Below are positions 13,931-25,749 of a stretch of DNA of 42,291 bases, piece after piece. The DNA comes from Octopus bimaculoides (Eukaryota): positions 17,625,636 to 17,667,926 of the forward strand of contig NC_069000.1 of the NCBI RefSeq assembly GCF_001194135.2, read 5' to 3'. Made by a program: the position numbers and the translations under genes. Each line of letters starts with the position of its first letter. Position 1 is the first letter of the stretch. The notes beneath the pieces were generated by a model. It did not search any database, was not told the DNA's origin, and worked only from the letters and a program-made list of their open reading frames with translations.

Positions 13931-15228
13931 TGAAAAGTTGATCCTCTGGGATATCGTGACATGACATTTTGTTCTTCTTTTTACGGCTGACCAGGAGCCC
14001 CAAGACCTTTGTATTTTGGGGCTCCTGGTTACCAAACAATCACACTGCGAAATTTACAATGCAATCGACATTTTATGAAGGTAAACCACATGACAATGGG
14101 AGCCAAGCATAGACGAAAGGGTTATATGCTACGCAACAAGAATTTGCAAAAAAATTTGCGATTCCTTTCTGCTTTTAGAAAGCACTCGGGGCATTCTTGT
14201 CTTCGCCGCACCGGCAGTTATGGCACACACTTAAGCGGAATATACAGCAGTGTCTCCGTCTTCTTGGGCAACAAGTAAAGTATGTCTGTATTTGCACGTC
14301 GATAGTTTAGAGTGTTTTTGTAATTCTTTGAGCTGGTTCTGTCATTTCAAACAGGTTGTAGACTTCTGTGAACGCTCCGTTGCTTTATATACTTCATAAT
14401 TGTTGCAATTGCCTTTGAACCGCACTCTTCTTTCCCGCAACCGTTAGGCTGCTGTTTCATAATGTTCAGTCCAAATGTTAATAGGAAAATGAATGGATAA
14501 TAAATACTTCGTTGAATAATGAATATGACATATAATATGATACTTCAAATTGATTTAAACGGAACAAAAGACCCTAGAAAAGAGAAACGCTAGTGTCAAA
14601 ATCACATGGAATTGTGATTACATCATGACCGGTGCCCAAAACCGTTGGCGAGAATATTCTTTTTCTTTTTGTTTTAATAAGAATGATCAATTCTATGATT
14701 GGTTACTAATAGTGATGTAAATATATTTTTGAAGGCCGCGTAACTTTTCGATATGCGCTGTAACCGAATCACAAAATTCAGCAACAAAATTGTCGAGTAT
14801 CAGCTCTTGTATAGCAAATTAATCTAAAGTAAAACATTGCGGTTATGATCCAGATATAATGTTGTCATAAAGTCCAAAGCAAAAGCAAACGCAATCATTA
14901 TCGTTGAAAAACAAAAACAAAAAAAAAACATTAAATTTGANNNNNNNNNNNNNNNNNNNNNNNNNNNNNNNNNNNNNNNNNNNNNNNNNNNNNNNNNNNN
15001 NNNNNNNNNNNNNNNNNNNNNNNNNNNNNNNNNNNNNNNNNNNNNNNNNNNNNNNNNNNNNNNNNNNNNNNNNNNNNNNNNNNNNNNNNNNNNNNNNNNN
15101 NNNNNNNNNNNNNNNNNNNNNNNNNNNNNNNNNNNNNNNNNNNNNNNNNNNNNNNNNNNNNNNNNNNNNNNNNNNNNNNNNNNNNNNNNNNNNNNNNNNN
15201 NNNNNNNNNNNNNNNNNNNNNNNNNNNN

Positions 15229-15296
<68 letters not shown>

Positions 15297-15989
15297 CGTC
15301 TGCGTGAGTATGTGTGCGTGTGTGTGTGGCAGAAACAGATTCATAGTCATGCAAAAACGTATGAAAATGAATACCAAACAAAAATGTTAATGCATTCAGA
15401 AAAATAGCAAAAGTCCACATGACTGAATTAGAAAAAATATCAACGAATTAATTGTACGTAAAGTTCAGTTCGGAATGTCAGGATGAGACACAGCTAATTA
15501 TAACCTAGCAATATATACAGAAAAAAAAACACCAGAAAATAATATTTAATAAGTATGTAGAAGATATGACTGTATGTAAGAGTATATTTCTGCAACAGGG
15601 TTATATTATCTGATGTGGATTCGCCCGATAAAGTAAATAAATTTTGCAAATGTGTGAGTAACGAGGGGTTTTTTATGACATCAAGGAGGCTCGGATGAAA
15701 GATAGAGTTCTTCCTTTGAAGGGCACCAAGACTACGAACGTGTTTCATGCAGCTAATTAGTTTAAAATGGCGATAAAAAACAATTATTTGACATGCAGAA
15801 TACCAGCTGTGATGAGCCTGCTTTGATGTACATTTGTCAGAGAATTGAAAATCCAATAAGTGGCGCGGTTTACGAAACGAAACAACCTTTCTGAGCTACC
15901 TTTTTTTCTTGTCAAATTTTCGACAAATTGAAAATTCATTACACCACATTCATACACACACACACACACACACATATGTATGTGTGCGC

Positions 15990-16470
15990 ATCGGGTTCAG
16001 TCCCATTGCGTGACACCTTGAGCAAGTGTTTTCTACTATAGTCTCGAGCCGACCAAAGCCTTGTGNNNNNNNNNNNNNNNNNNNNNNNNNNNNNNNNNNN
16101 NNNNNNNNNNNNNNNNNNNNNNNNNNNNNNNNNNNNNNNNNNNNNNNNNNNNNNNNNNNNNNNNNNNNNNNNNNNNNNNNNNNNNNNNNNNNNNNNNNNN
16201 NNNNNNNNNNNNNNNNNNNNNNNNNNNNNNNNNNNNNNNNNNNNNNNNNNNNNNNNNNNNNNNNNNNNNNNNNNNNNNNNNNNNNNNNNNNNNNNNNNNN
16301 NNNNNNNNNNNNGTTTACGTCCCCTAACTTAGCGTTTAGGCAAAAACACCAGGTTTAAAAAAAAAAAAAAAAAAGCACTGGCGTCGATTCATTCGATTAA
16401 AAACATTCTTCAAGGCGGTACCCCAGCATAGCCGCATTTTAACGACTGAAACAAGAAAAAGATAAAAGAT
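15990..16470 (+). mobile_element. SINE family B (internal microsatellite, LINE-like tail), spanning an assembly gap
   Basis: ggttcagtcccattgcgtgacaccttgagcaagtg...ccgaccaaagccttgtg [gap] gtttacgtcccctaacttagcg...ggcggtaccccagcat...gactgaaacaag. Confidence 0.85.
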
Positions 16471-16706
16471 ATATACATATATATACATGGTAGAATTTTC
16501 TGCCGTACACATTAACGTGAACTTTTAGTGGCGACATAGTTAATTATAATTAATGTTAAACATGAAAGGTGATAATTAGAAGAATGTATATTCTAAGCTG
16601 TAAATCCAAATCATGTAGTATGATTCGGCTGATATACCCTCCAGCCTTCTTCAGGTATCTTGGGGAAATTTCGAACCTGGGTTCTCATTCCTAAGGTATT
16701 TTTCGA

Positions 16707-16767
16707 TATTATTATTATTATTATTATTACTATTATTATTATTATCATTATTATTATCATTATTATT

Positions 16768-16800
<33 letters not shown>

Positions 16801-16838
16801 GCTGTTGTTGTTGTTGTTGTTGTTGTTAATGTTATTGT
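16707..16838. repeat. Compound (ATT)n(GTT)n trinucleotide microsatellite
   Basis: Directly visible. Gives the spurious poly-I/poly-V ORF 16660-16896. Confidence 0.95.
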
Positions 16839-16839
16839 T

Positions 16840-16908
16840 CAGGTCACTGCTCGGAATCGGACTCAGAATCTTGGGGTTAGTAACCCGCGCTCTTAACCAC
16901 TACGCCAT
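16840..16908 (-). other. tRNA-like Pol III head within the PLE-associated repeat (not a functional tRNA)
   Basis: Minus strand tggcgtagtggttaagagcgcgggttactaaccccaagattctgagtccgattcc: a perfect A box (TGGCGTAGTGG), a mutated B box and an anticodon-arm-like hairpin. No proper acceptor stem. Confidence 0.65.
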
Positions 16909-16917
16909 ATACCCTTC

Positions 16918-16958
16918 CTGAAGAAGGCTGGAGGGTATATCAGCCGAAACGTTATGTT
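16918..16958 (+). ncRNA. Minimal type I hammerhead ribozyme motif (stem I degenerate)
   Basis: CTGAAGA-A-GGCTG(gagggtatat)CAGCC-GAAA-C-GTT: core, 5-bp stem II, palindromic ACGT stem III and a GUU cleavage triplet. The 5' stem I strand does not pair well in this copy. Confidence 0.6.
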
Positions 16959-18248
16959 AACAACAAACAAGATGAGGACAAATATCCGTCGAATGTAAAT
17001 AATGTACATAATTCCTCATCTCTTAAATATAGAACTGTAGTAAGTTCATTGTTGTACAGTCTGCTTGTTTCTCTAATTCTCGACTTAACTGTGAAATCTG
17101 TCTTGTTAAGTAGTTAGAGAAATTTCGATAAAGACGTGAATGGGTTTTTTTCTCTTTATCTCTAAAGAGTGCAACAAGATTAGACCATCTTTGTTTGAAT
17201 GTTCCTTTAGTCTTCCCTATGTTTCGGTTTTCCGTTCTTGACATAGGAAGTCACTTCCACTTCAGATATTATTGCTTTGGTGTCGCCAGCTAGTTAAATG
17301 GGTGTATGTTTTTGTTCCTACTAGTGCAGTCATCAACTGCAGATGTCGTAAGTCTACTTGTTAAGATGCTTTTAATGTTAAGGATGCTACTATATGTCAC
17401 TTTCAGCAATTTTCGTTTAAGATTATCTTTTTTTACAATGGTGACTTGGAAAGTGTTTATCTACCAGTTCAAATAATCTTTTGCTTACCTTAGCTCTTAC
17501 GTCTAAAACAAAGAATGGTAAATCAGATAGCATTGTGGAATCTATTTAGATATATGCGGGGCGTGCGGAACATCTGCAATCATTTAATCATATCTTTTAA
17601 ACCACTTTTGGTTAAGGCGTTATTATAACAAAGCACTGTTCTATCAACAAACTCTTTACAAAAGGGGAGGTTAGAGATTATTATTTTAATGTTATGGATT
17701 AAGTTTTTAAACCTCTCGACCTCTGTTGGTACACCTCAGTGTTTCGGAGTGTTTGTTGAAGGTTTATAATGTATTAGTGTCTAAATCTAGGGTTACATCG
17801 AAGAAGCTAGTTGTTTTAGGAGTTGCTATTAACTGGGATTCTTAATCCTATCTCGTCTAAAATGGTAATTAGATCCTTCCTAAACTTATCTAAGCTGTGT
17901 TTGTTGACGTGAGTAGATACGGCTGAAGCACCATCACGATAAAGACTAACATTGGAGCTAATGAATTTTTCTTTCAGAGTCTAGAATGTATACGTCTGCG
18001 CTTACTTTGAAATTGCCTATAATTTTAAATTTCTTCATTCACTCAGCTTTTATCAAATAGCAACGTTTTCTTTATTTGAGTGATTTCATGTGTATGAAAG
18101 TATGTATGTATGTATGTATGTATGTATTATGTATGTATTATGTATGTATGCATGCATGCATGTGTGTATGCATACATGTATTCGTGTGTTCATGTATGCA
18201 TGAATGGATGCGTGTATGTGTGCATCTATATATGTATGTATGTACGTA

Positions 18249-18815
18249 CAAGGTGCATTCCAGAAGTTTTCGGATTTTTCAGGACAGGAATTTTCTCATT
18301 TCAAAGCGATACAAAACTCTAATTTCCTTTAAAGTAGGATCCTCTGATTTTAATGCACTTGCTGTAGTGGTCCAGCCACTTCGTGAAGGCCCCATGCAAG
18401 TCCTTCAAAGTGAAGATGTTCAGGGACCTTGAAACAGACTCCTTCATCTTCAAACGACAGCCCTTGAAGTTCCCCTTCAGCTTTGGCAACAACCAAAAGT
18501 TATAGGGAGCAAAGTCTGGTCTATAGGGAGGATGAGGGACACTTTTGATGCCCATCTCTGTCAATTAGTTGGTTACCAAGATGCTTGTCGCTGAACACCC
18601 TGGGAACAAACTTTGCACAAATTTAGCGTAAGTTCAGATCTTCATGAATAATTCTGTGTCTGTTGCCACACCAACTCCAAACTGTATGCTTATTGCATTT
18701 GTAGACACACGATGGTCTTCATCCAGAAAATTGTGAATTTTCTCAACCAGCTCTTATGTTCTGACGTCCCTCTCCCTTTCACACCTCTCATCGTCTCACC
18801 TCCACTCTAAAACCC
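18249..18815 (-). mobile_element. Truncated mariner transposon (3' part)
   Basis: ORF 18319-18564 has HPPYRPDFAPYNFWLLPKLK (YSPDLAP motif) and the C-terminal W..HY.KCI...GSYF. A TA-flanked TIR-like end is at 18247. Confidence 0.85.
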
Positions 18816-18829
18816 TTCAACTTCTTGTG

Positions 18830-19120
18830 CCAGTGAGAAAGCTAATTCATATCTCCAGAAAACACCTGGAACGAGTTCAGCATTTAACCGCCCGAATGGT
18901 CGCAGGCTTGCCTAAGCTTGCATATGAGGAATGCCTCCAACGGCTGGCATTACCTTCACTCGAACAACGGAGGATGCGGGGAGATCTCATCCTGGCTTTC
19001 AACATCTTCAACGGGAATGTAAACCTACCGTTTGCGGAGCTTTTCACCCCTGCACCGGATAGAGGTCTGCGTGAGCATGATCGCAAACTCTATCCCCGAC
19101 ACTTTCGGCGCAAGAGTTAG
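18830..19120 (+). mobile_element. CR1/L2-like LINE ORF2 C-terminal fragment
   Basis: HLERVQHLTARMVAGLPKLAYEECLQRLALPSLEQRRMRGDLILAFNI matches the LERVQRRATK...YEERL..L.L.SLE.RR.RGD motif. Confidence 0.85.
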
Positions 19121-20655
19121 AAGCATTTCCTAAGTTTCGGTAGCGTTTTTGCCCGGTTTAACATAAANNNNNNNNNNNNNNNNNNNNNNNNNNNNNNNNN
19201 NNNNNNNNNNNNNNNNNNNNNNNNNNNNNNNNNNNNNNNNNNNNNNNNNNNNNNNNNNNNNNNNNNNNNNNNNNNNNNNNNNNNNNNNNNNNNNNNNNNN
19301 NNNNNNNNNNNNNNNNNNNNNNNNNNNNNNNNNNNNNNNNNNNNNNNNNNNNNNNNNNNNNNNNNNNNNNNNNNNNNNNNNNNNNNNNNNNNNNNNNNNN
19401 NNNNNNNNNNNNNNNNNNNNNNNNNNNNNNNNNNNNNNNNNNNNNNNNNNNNNNNNNNNNNNNNNNNNNNNNNNNNNNNNNNNNNNNNNNNNNNNNNNNN
19501 NNNNNNNNNNNNNNNNNNNNNNNNNNNNNNNNNNNNNNNNNNNNNNNNNNNNNNNNNNNNNNNNNNNNNNNNNNNNNNNNNNNNNNNNNNNNNNNNNNNN
19601 NNNNNNNNNNNNNNNNNNNNNNNNNNNNNNNNNNNNNNNNNNNNNNNNNNNNNNNNNNNNNNNNNNNNNNNNNNNNNNNNNNNNNNNNNNNNNNNNNNNN
19701 NNNNNNNNNNNNNNNNNNNNNNNNNNNNNNNNNNNNNNNNNNNNNNNNNNNNNNNNNNNNNNNNNNNNNNNNNNNNNNNNNNNNNNNNNNNNNNNNNNNN
19801 NNNNNNNNNNNNNNNNNNNNNNNNNNNNNNNNNNNNNNNNNNNNNNNNNNNNNNNNNNNNNNNNNNNNNNNNNNNTTAATTGATTAATTTTGATTTTGCC
19901 AACTGAGTAGAATATTCTTGAATGAGGAGATATAATATAGCCGAATCATACCGGTAGCTTTCGCTAGTTGTCTTAAAGACCAAATTCACTCCTATATTAC
20001 ATTTTTTTAATATTTTCCAAAACTTCCAACCAACTGACTTTATTGGAGTTGTCTTCCATATCGGCTTGATTTTAGATTTCAGACACCACTTGTAAATTTT
20101 TGTTTACTTTACTAATTATTTAGATAGTATCACTTAATTTAAACTGTTCAACTATATTACATATGTGAGACCCTTCCTATATGTATATAGCATGCAGAAA
20201 ACTCCTCTGGGATATTTTCTTTCAGCCATATTGTTCATATAGACATGTAGTCGCACACTTACAAATATGCTCTGTGGTTTTCTGTAATGTACTTGCTTTT
20301 CTTGAAAACATCGGTAGCGTATGTGCAGAAAGAATTTCAAGAGGGAATCGAAAGGAGGCTGTGGTCTCGGTTCAGTGGGAACTTTCCCACCTACATGGCG
20401 TTTATTTTCAGTAATTGCTTTTCCAGTTCTTCCTGTGGTACTTATCATAATCTCCCCCCCCCCCTACCTCAAATATGTGATATTGTGCCTGTATTAAAAA
20501 CCATTATTAAAACTTCGTCAGTCTAACTCGTAATCTAGTTCATATATCTTATTAAATTTATAAACTTACACCATTAAACCATTTAAAGAAGAAGTTTCAC
20601 GTTTCATCGTCGTCTCCGTTGTGTTTATTTATTTATTTGTTTTTTTCTTAACCAG

Positions 20656-20826
20656 CATCAATTTTGATACACCAATCCAACAGATACTTGGGGACGACAT
20701 CTTGCTGTCAGACAAATATCGCAGCGAACATGTAACTCTAAGAGACATTTTCAACCAGAAGACAGGAATAAGTAACATGGAAGCCATTTCCCAAATGAAT
20801 TCCATCAAAACAGAGGATATGATGGG
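20656..20826 (+). CDS. Serine beta-lactamase/PBP-family (PF00144-like) gene, internal exon A
   Basis: Polypyrimidine tract and acceptor ttcttaaccAG, donor GG|gtatgt, phase 2 to phase 2. Peptide INFDTPIQQILGDDILLSDKYRSEHVTLRDIFNQKTG matches the family segment WDTP...L.D.YR...VTLRDLLSHRTG. Confidence 0.9.
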
Positions 20827-20889
20827 GTATGTAATTCTTCAGTTTTATAGTTTATTTATTTTTTATGAATATTTCAATACTTTATATGG

Positions 20890-21050
20890 CAGTGACGTGG
20901 TTAAATCGGTAGAGCGTTATACAAAATGCCTTGAAATATTTCGTTATGGACCTTTGCATTCGGAGTTCAAATACTGCCAAAGTCTACTTTTCATTTTCCT
21001 GGAGTCGATTAAAAAAAAAAAACGCCAGACAAGTATTGGGTCGAGTTATA
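20890..21050 (+). mobile_element. Degraded SINE family A copy
   Basis: ggcagtgacgtggttaaatcggtagag...ggagttcaaatactgcc...ctttcattttcctggagtcgatt. Confidence 0.55.
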
Positions 21051-21510
21051 GTCGTAGAACGCATCCTCTATGTCAATCATAGGCAAACTTGGGCTTGCAG
21101 GACTTTCTGAATGACATGCCAACCGAAAAATTACCTTGAATTTTTTTAGTAGTACGGCTCGCCTGACAACGAGCAAAGTCTCATGGGACCCACTTCCCGT
21201 AAAAGGTTGCACATGCTTGCTCTGTGTGAATGGAATTATAATAGAACATAAACCAAGAAGACTATATTTTATATGGTGAGGGAAGCTACAGATCAGTGCA
21301 TCATCGAGACAAAAACTTTGCTGCATTATGACGTTCTGATGTGAAATCCTTGTGGGTTCGACTTGGGCTTTCATCCTTCTGGAATCGATAAAATAAGCAT
21401 CAATCTATAAGTACTGGAGATCGATCAGTTGATCATATTATTTCCCACCAAAATCTATGACCTTGCGCTGATCAGTAAAATGACTAAGAAAAAACACCTC
21501 AATGGAAGTA

Positions 21511-21566
21511 CAACAGATACTTGGGGACGACATCTTGCTGTCAGACAAATATCGCAGCAAACATGT
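21511..21566 (+). repeat. 56-nt duplicate of part of exon A (20678-20733)
   Basis: caacagatacttggggacgacatcttgctgtcagacaaatatcgcagc(a/g)aacatgt, 55/56 identical. Confidence 0.95.
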
Positions 21567-21669
21567 GTCACAAATGTAATGTTATAAGTTGAAAATCTTC
21601 AATTAAGTGAGATTATCCTAGTAATTCGAAGACAAAACTCAGTTGCATAAACTCATATAGTAAGAAGCT

Positions 21670-21745
21670 GAGAGAGAAAGAGAGAGGAGAGAGAGGGGGA
21701 GGGAGAGAGAGGGGGAGGAAGAGAGAAGGTGAGAGAGAGAGAGGC

Positions 21746-21808
<63 letters not shown>

Positions 21809-21850
21809 TAGACAGACAGATAGACAGACAGATAGACAGACAGACAGAGC
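21670..21850. repeat. AG-rich tract followed by an (ACAG)n/(ATAG) tetranucleotide microsatellite
   Basis: Directly visible. Confidence 0.95.
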
Positions 21851-22544
21851 GAGACAAAGGCAGAACACAGTAAAGTTTCAGAACTGCTTTCGATTCACTA
21901 TAGAAGACATTCTGTATCAAAAACAGGGTTCTTCAAGATATTCATGATACAGTGCGAGAAAGCTAACCCACTGATTTCCAACTACAGCCCATTTGAGGGG
22001 GTTTCACACAGTTTCTGTCTATCAGCATGACGTTGTGTAAAAGATATTTGTCCAAGACGTAATGTAATGGACTGCGTATGACTACGAAAATCACTCATCC
22101 AGACTAACTTCTGCGTATTCTCTTTATGCTCATGTTAAATGCATGAAGATCACAGCGGCCACTTAAGCTTCTACGCCATCCACCTCCAAAATATATATTT
22201 TTATGACTGGGTAAGATGTTCCAGTTTTCTTGTGATGGTGATGAGTGGCACAGCAAAGCAAGATGGAATCGCCCAACACGCAGAGACGCTTTACTTACTT
22301 TACTTATACCCTTGGGAAGGGAATGACTATCATGATTACCTATATGATCCTCTAATAAAATGCTTAGACAAGAGACCAACATATTCTGTGACGGGTGCCA
22401 AAAGAATATTAGGTTTCTTTTCAAAAGATATTATTTCAAACTAAAGTATGCGTGTGTATGTGTGTTTGAGAGAGAGAGAGAGAGAGAGAGAAAGAAACTC
22501 AAAAGACAGTAAAAGTAGTAAATACTGCACGATATATATATATA

Positions 22545-22601
<57 letters not shown>

Positions 22602-23066
22602 GGTGTACACAATCGAAGCAGCATCAAATTATAAATGCCATCTTTATATCATTCTTAATGTATATATACCATTGACAATCATGATGCTGTGGTTTTTGTC
22701 TGAGAGAAAAATCACCTCACAGACGTGTTAAAAAAGTGGAACGAGACAAATTTTGTCCCAGCACCGAGTCTCAGGAGCACCAGATGAGTTTCGGTTTTCT
22801 TGGGTTTGTCAATGATGTATACCCTGTAGTTACGTACCGAAAACAAAATCTAGGCATCACCTCCTATACATAGCGAAGAATGAATAATACATCCACAGAT
22901 ATTGCAAAAAGCTTGCCGGACTAAATTAAACTGTGGACACACAAATAAAGCAGCATTGAATTATAAAGTCTGTGTATCATATTATTTAACGTATATAAAC
23001 CATTGACAGACATATTATTCACTGTTCGCTATATATCGGAGGTGATTTAGGTTAGACATGTAACTA

Positions 23067-24116
23067 CAGGTTATACGTCACTGACAAGCTCCAAGAAGGG
23101 CGAATCACGGCTGGCGCTTCCGTGAATCGCTGCTTGGACAACGCTCGTCTCGTTCCAATATATAATGTGTTTTTAACACAAAACGTATATGAGGAAATTT
23201 GTAGGTATGAATCTCTTCGTTAGAGAAAAAAAAACAAGCCACATTACCAAAAGATTAAAACTTTCAACGTCTACATTTGGAATAATATGTGGCAATAGAG
23301 AGAAAATTATGCCAAGAGTTGCAGAAGCTACTTCAGATTTTATTTTTTCATAGACCTTACGTGACGTTTAAAATGGAACGGCTCGTGTGTATGTGGAACG
23401 AGATAAGAGTCAATGTAATGTGCCAATAAGCATGTTAATATTTTTTAAAGCCAAAAATTTATATCATTTGCAGATAGAGGAAGGTGAAACCTTTAAAGAA
23501 AAACTTCTTTTTTTTCTGTAGCTAATAAAGACTAGTTTGAGAGGTTTAGGAAGCGCTTGAATTTGTCCAACAAATTACTGGCGAATTGCTAGTGCTGATA
23601 TAGAGACTACTACTGATTATCCTGGGCAGCTGGAAAAAATATCGTTAAAGGGTGATATACACGAGAGCAAGTATAGAATGTTGATGAAATTGCACTTTTG
23701 TGGAAGTTCACGCTCGCTAGAGCTTTTACATTACATAAAAAAATTAAGACCAGGATTTAAAGCTTCCGATAATCGTGTGATGCTTCGTCTGGGAAGAAAT
23801 ACTGATAGTGACGTGAAATTGAAGCCGCTTTCGTGAATCACTCCGAAAATTCAATGACTTTCAAGGGTTACGCAAAATTAAATTTACCTCTGGTTTCACC
23901 TTCAGATAAGAAAGTATGGATGACTAAAAGCCTCTTCGAAGAGTTGTTTAAAAACATTTTTCTCCTGCTTGCTTCCCGGCCACATGGTTCAGGCTTCAGT
24001 GCCACTGCGTAACAAGTGTCTTCTACTACAGCCTCAAGCCGACCAAAGCCTTGTGAATGGATTTGGTTGACGAAAACTGAAAACATCCTGTCATATGTGT
24101 GTGTGTGTGTGTGTGC

Positions 24117-24183
<67 letters not shown>

Positions 24184-25730
24184 CCTTCACCACCGTTTGT
24201 TTTACGTCCCCGTAACTAAGCGGTTCGGCAAAAGTGACCGATAGAATAAGTACTAGGCTGGGTCGATTCATTCGACTAAAAATTCTTCAAGGCGGTGCCC
24301 CAGCATGGTTGCAGTCTAATGACCGAAGCAAGTAAAAGATAAAAGATATCAGACATAATATTTCCAACAAAGCCTAGTTCCTTTTAGACAATGAATAAAG
24401 CCATCAAGTGAACTTAAATGAATTTTCTGATAATGTGAGAGCAGAATATATCTCAAAGTATACAACTTTTTTTACTCCAATCAATGATTGAAGGTGTGAT
24501 ACCGAACTTAAAGGTACATTATCTGAGAAGAACTTACAAACAACTTGTGAACTCATATGATAGAGAGGATAAACCCACAGTTAGAGACTTCTGGAAGAAA
24601 TTCAGTAAAATGGTTTCTATGGATGACATGGCTGAATCATGAAATGAAGTGAAAGCCTCAATTTTGAATAGTATTCGTGAAAATATGTGACCAGACTTTA
24701 TCCATGACTTTACAAGTTTTCAACACACACCTACCATATTCTACAGACATACAAGGTCTCAGACAGACAAACGCGGCCTCCGTAACGGACTGGGAAAGAA
24801 GTCACCGAAAAGGTTGCAATTGGCAACGAAAGAACTTTGAGCAACAAAAAAAAACGATTGATTGTTTAACCAACAAGTTAAACAAACGATCGATTTGTTA
24901 GTTGGACAGATATCTAAGCAATTGACTAATAATAATGGAGTGAAACTGAACCGGTGCGTGTGTTAATATTGGCGTAATGACTCTCCCTAGACACAACAGA
25001 AAGAAAGTTTACGTCAAATTCCGAAAGATGTTGTGAGTCTTGGAAATGATGTAAGGTTTGCAGAAATTATGTAGGATGTATTTCGGTTGCAAGTATCCAA
25101 AACAGAAAGTTATCTAACGAGGAGCTAATGAGCAAGCTGAGAATACAGATAAGAATACGGAAATTCCATCAACTCAATTTTAATTAACTGCAAAGAATAT
25201 TGCTAAAGGGTTAGCACTTATAGAGGAATTTCTTTAAGTGTTTAATGATAATAATTCTAATCGTGAACGTAGCAAAAATTTTAAAAGGGAGTTTGCCATG
25301 AGCTCAGTTCCTACACCAAGCTGTACAGAGATGATGTGCTATAAACATCAAACAACTTTGGATAAGTTCTGCACCACTCAAACAGATGTTGAAGATAAAC
25401 AAAAAGATAGGAGACACCGTCCCTCATCCTCCCAGCAACTCACGTTCCAGCACCACTCCCCATACAATAGTAAACATCTTTTACAGTAAAAACGTACCCT
25501 ATTGCGATATTGCAATTCATATTTATTCCCTAATGTATTTCCCTTCAAATGTTTATATATATACATTTTGAACTATGTTTAGAAATTGTTATTTTCATGT
25601 ACAAAAGTGGTCGTGTGCTTTTTTGTTGTTGTTTTTAAAAATTTGTCGAAAGGCATTCTCAATGAGGAAATATATTACGATTTACGAGATTTCCTGGATT
25701 TTCAGGAACACATTACTCACACAACGCGAT
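23067..25730 (+). mobile_element. Degenerate Tigger/pogo transposon interrupted by a SINE
   Basis: Ordered remnants: KMERLVCMW...VPIS (CENP-B HTH, ~23370), ERFRKRLNL, PGFKASDNR, KLKPL...K.WMT..LF (DDE, ~23750-23950), RDFWKKF...NEVK...FIHDFTSF (~24580-24720) and LTAKNIAKGL...N.NRERS...QTTLDKF (~25185-25370). End points are approximate. Confidence 0.8.
23985..24345 (+). mobile_element. SINE family B nested in the Tigger element
   Basis: ggttcaggcttcagtgccactgcg...ccgaccaaagccttgtg...(TG)n...gtttacgtccccgtaac...ggcggtgccccagcatgg...cagtctaatgaccgaag. Confidence 0.9.
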
Positions 25731-25749
25731 GTGTGTGTGTGCACAGGCG

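Larger units (their letters stand above)
16624..17990 (-). mobile_element. Penelope-like element (PLE) 3' part: RT C-terminus, GIY-YIG endonuclease and inverted terminal structure
   Basis: Minus-strand remnants LYR(D)DG...SFFDVTLDL (~17790-17945), LDKHFP (linker) and IGKTKGTFKQRWSN (GIY-YIG, ORF 17023-17244). A perfect 32-bp inverted repeat lies at 16624-16655 and 16917-16948. Confidence 0.85.

Noticed and set aside
15740-15830. LTCRIPAVMSL, loosely like the beta-lactamase N-terminal CRxIPGxSL motif
   Set aside because: In-frame stops lie immediately downstream and shortly upstream, and no GYG or SxxK motif follows.
22100-22440. Complex sequence with several 100-aa ORFs
   Set aside because: No recognisable motifs and no splice phases compatible with the gene. 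Probably an unclassified TE remnant.
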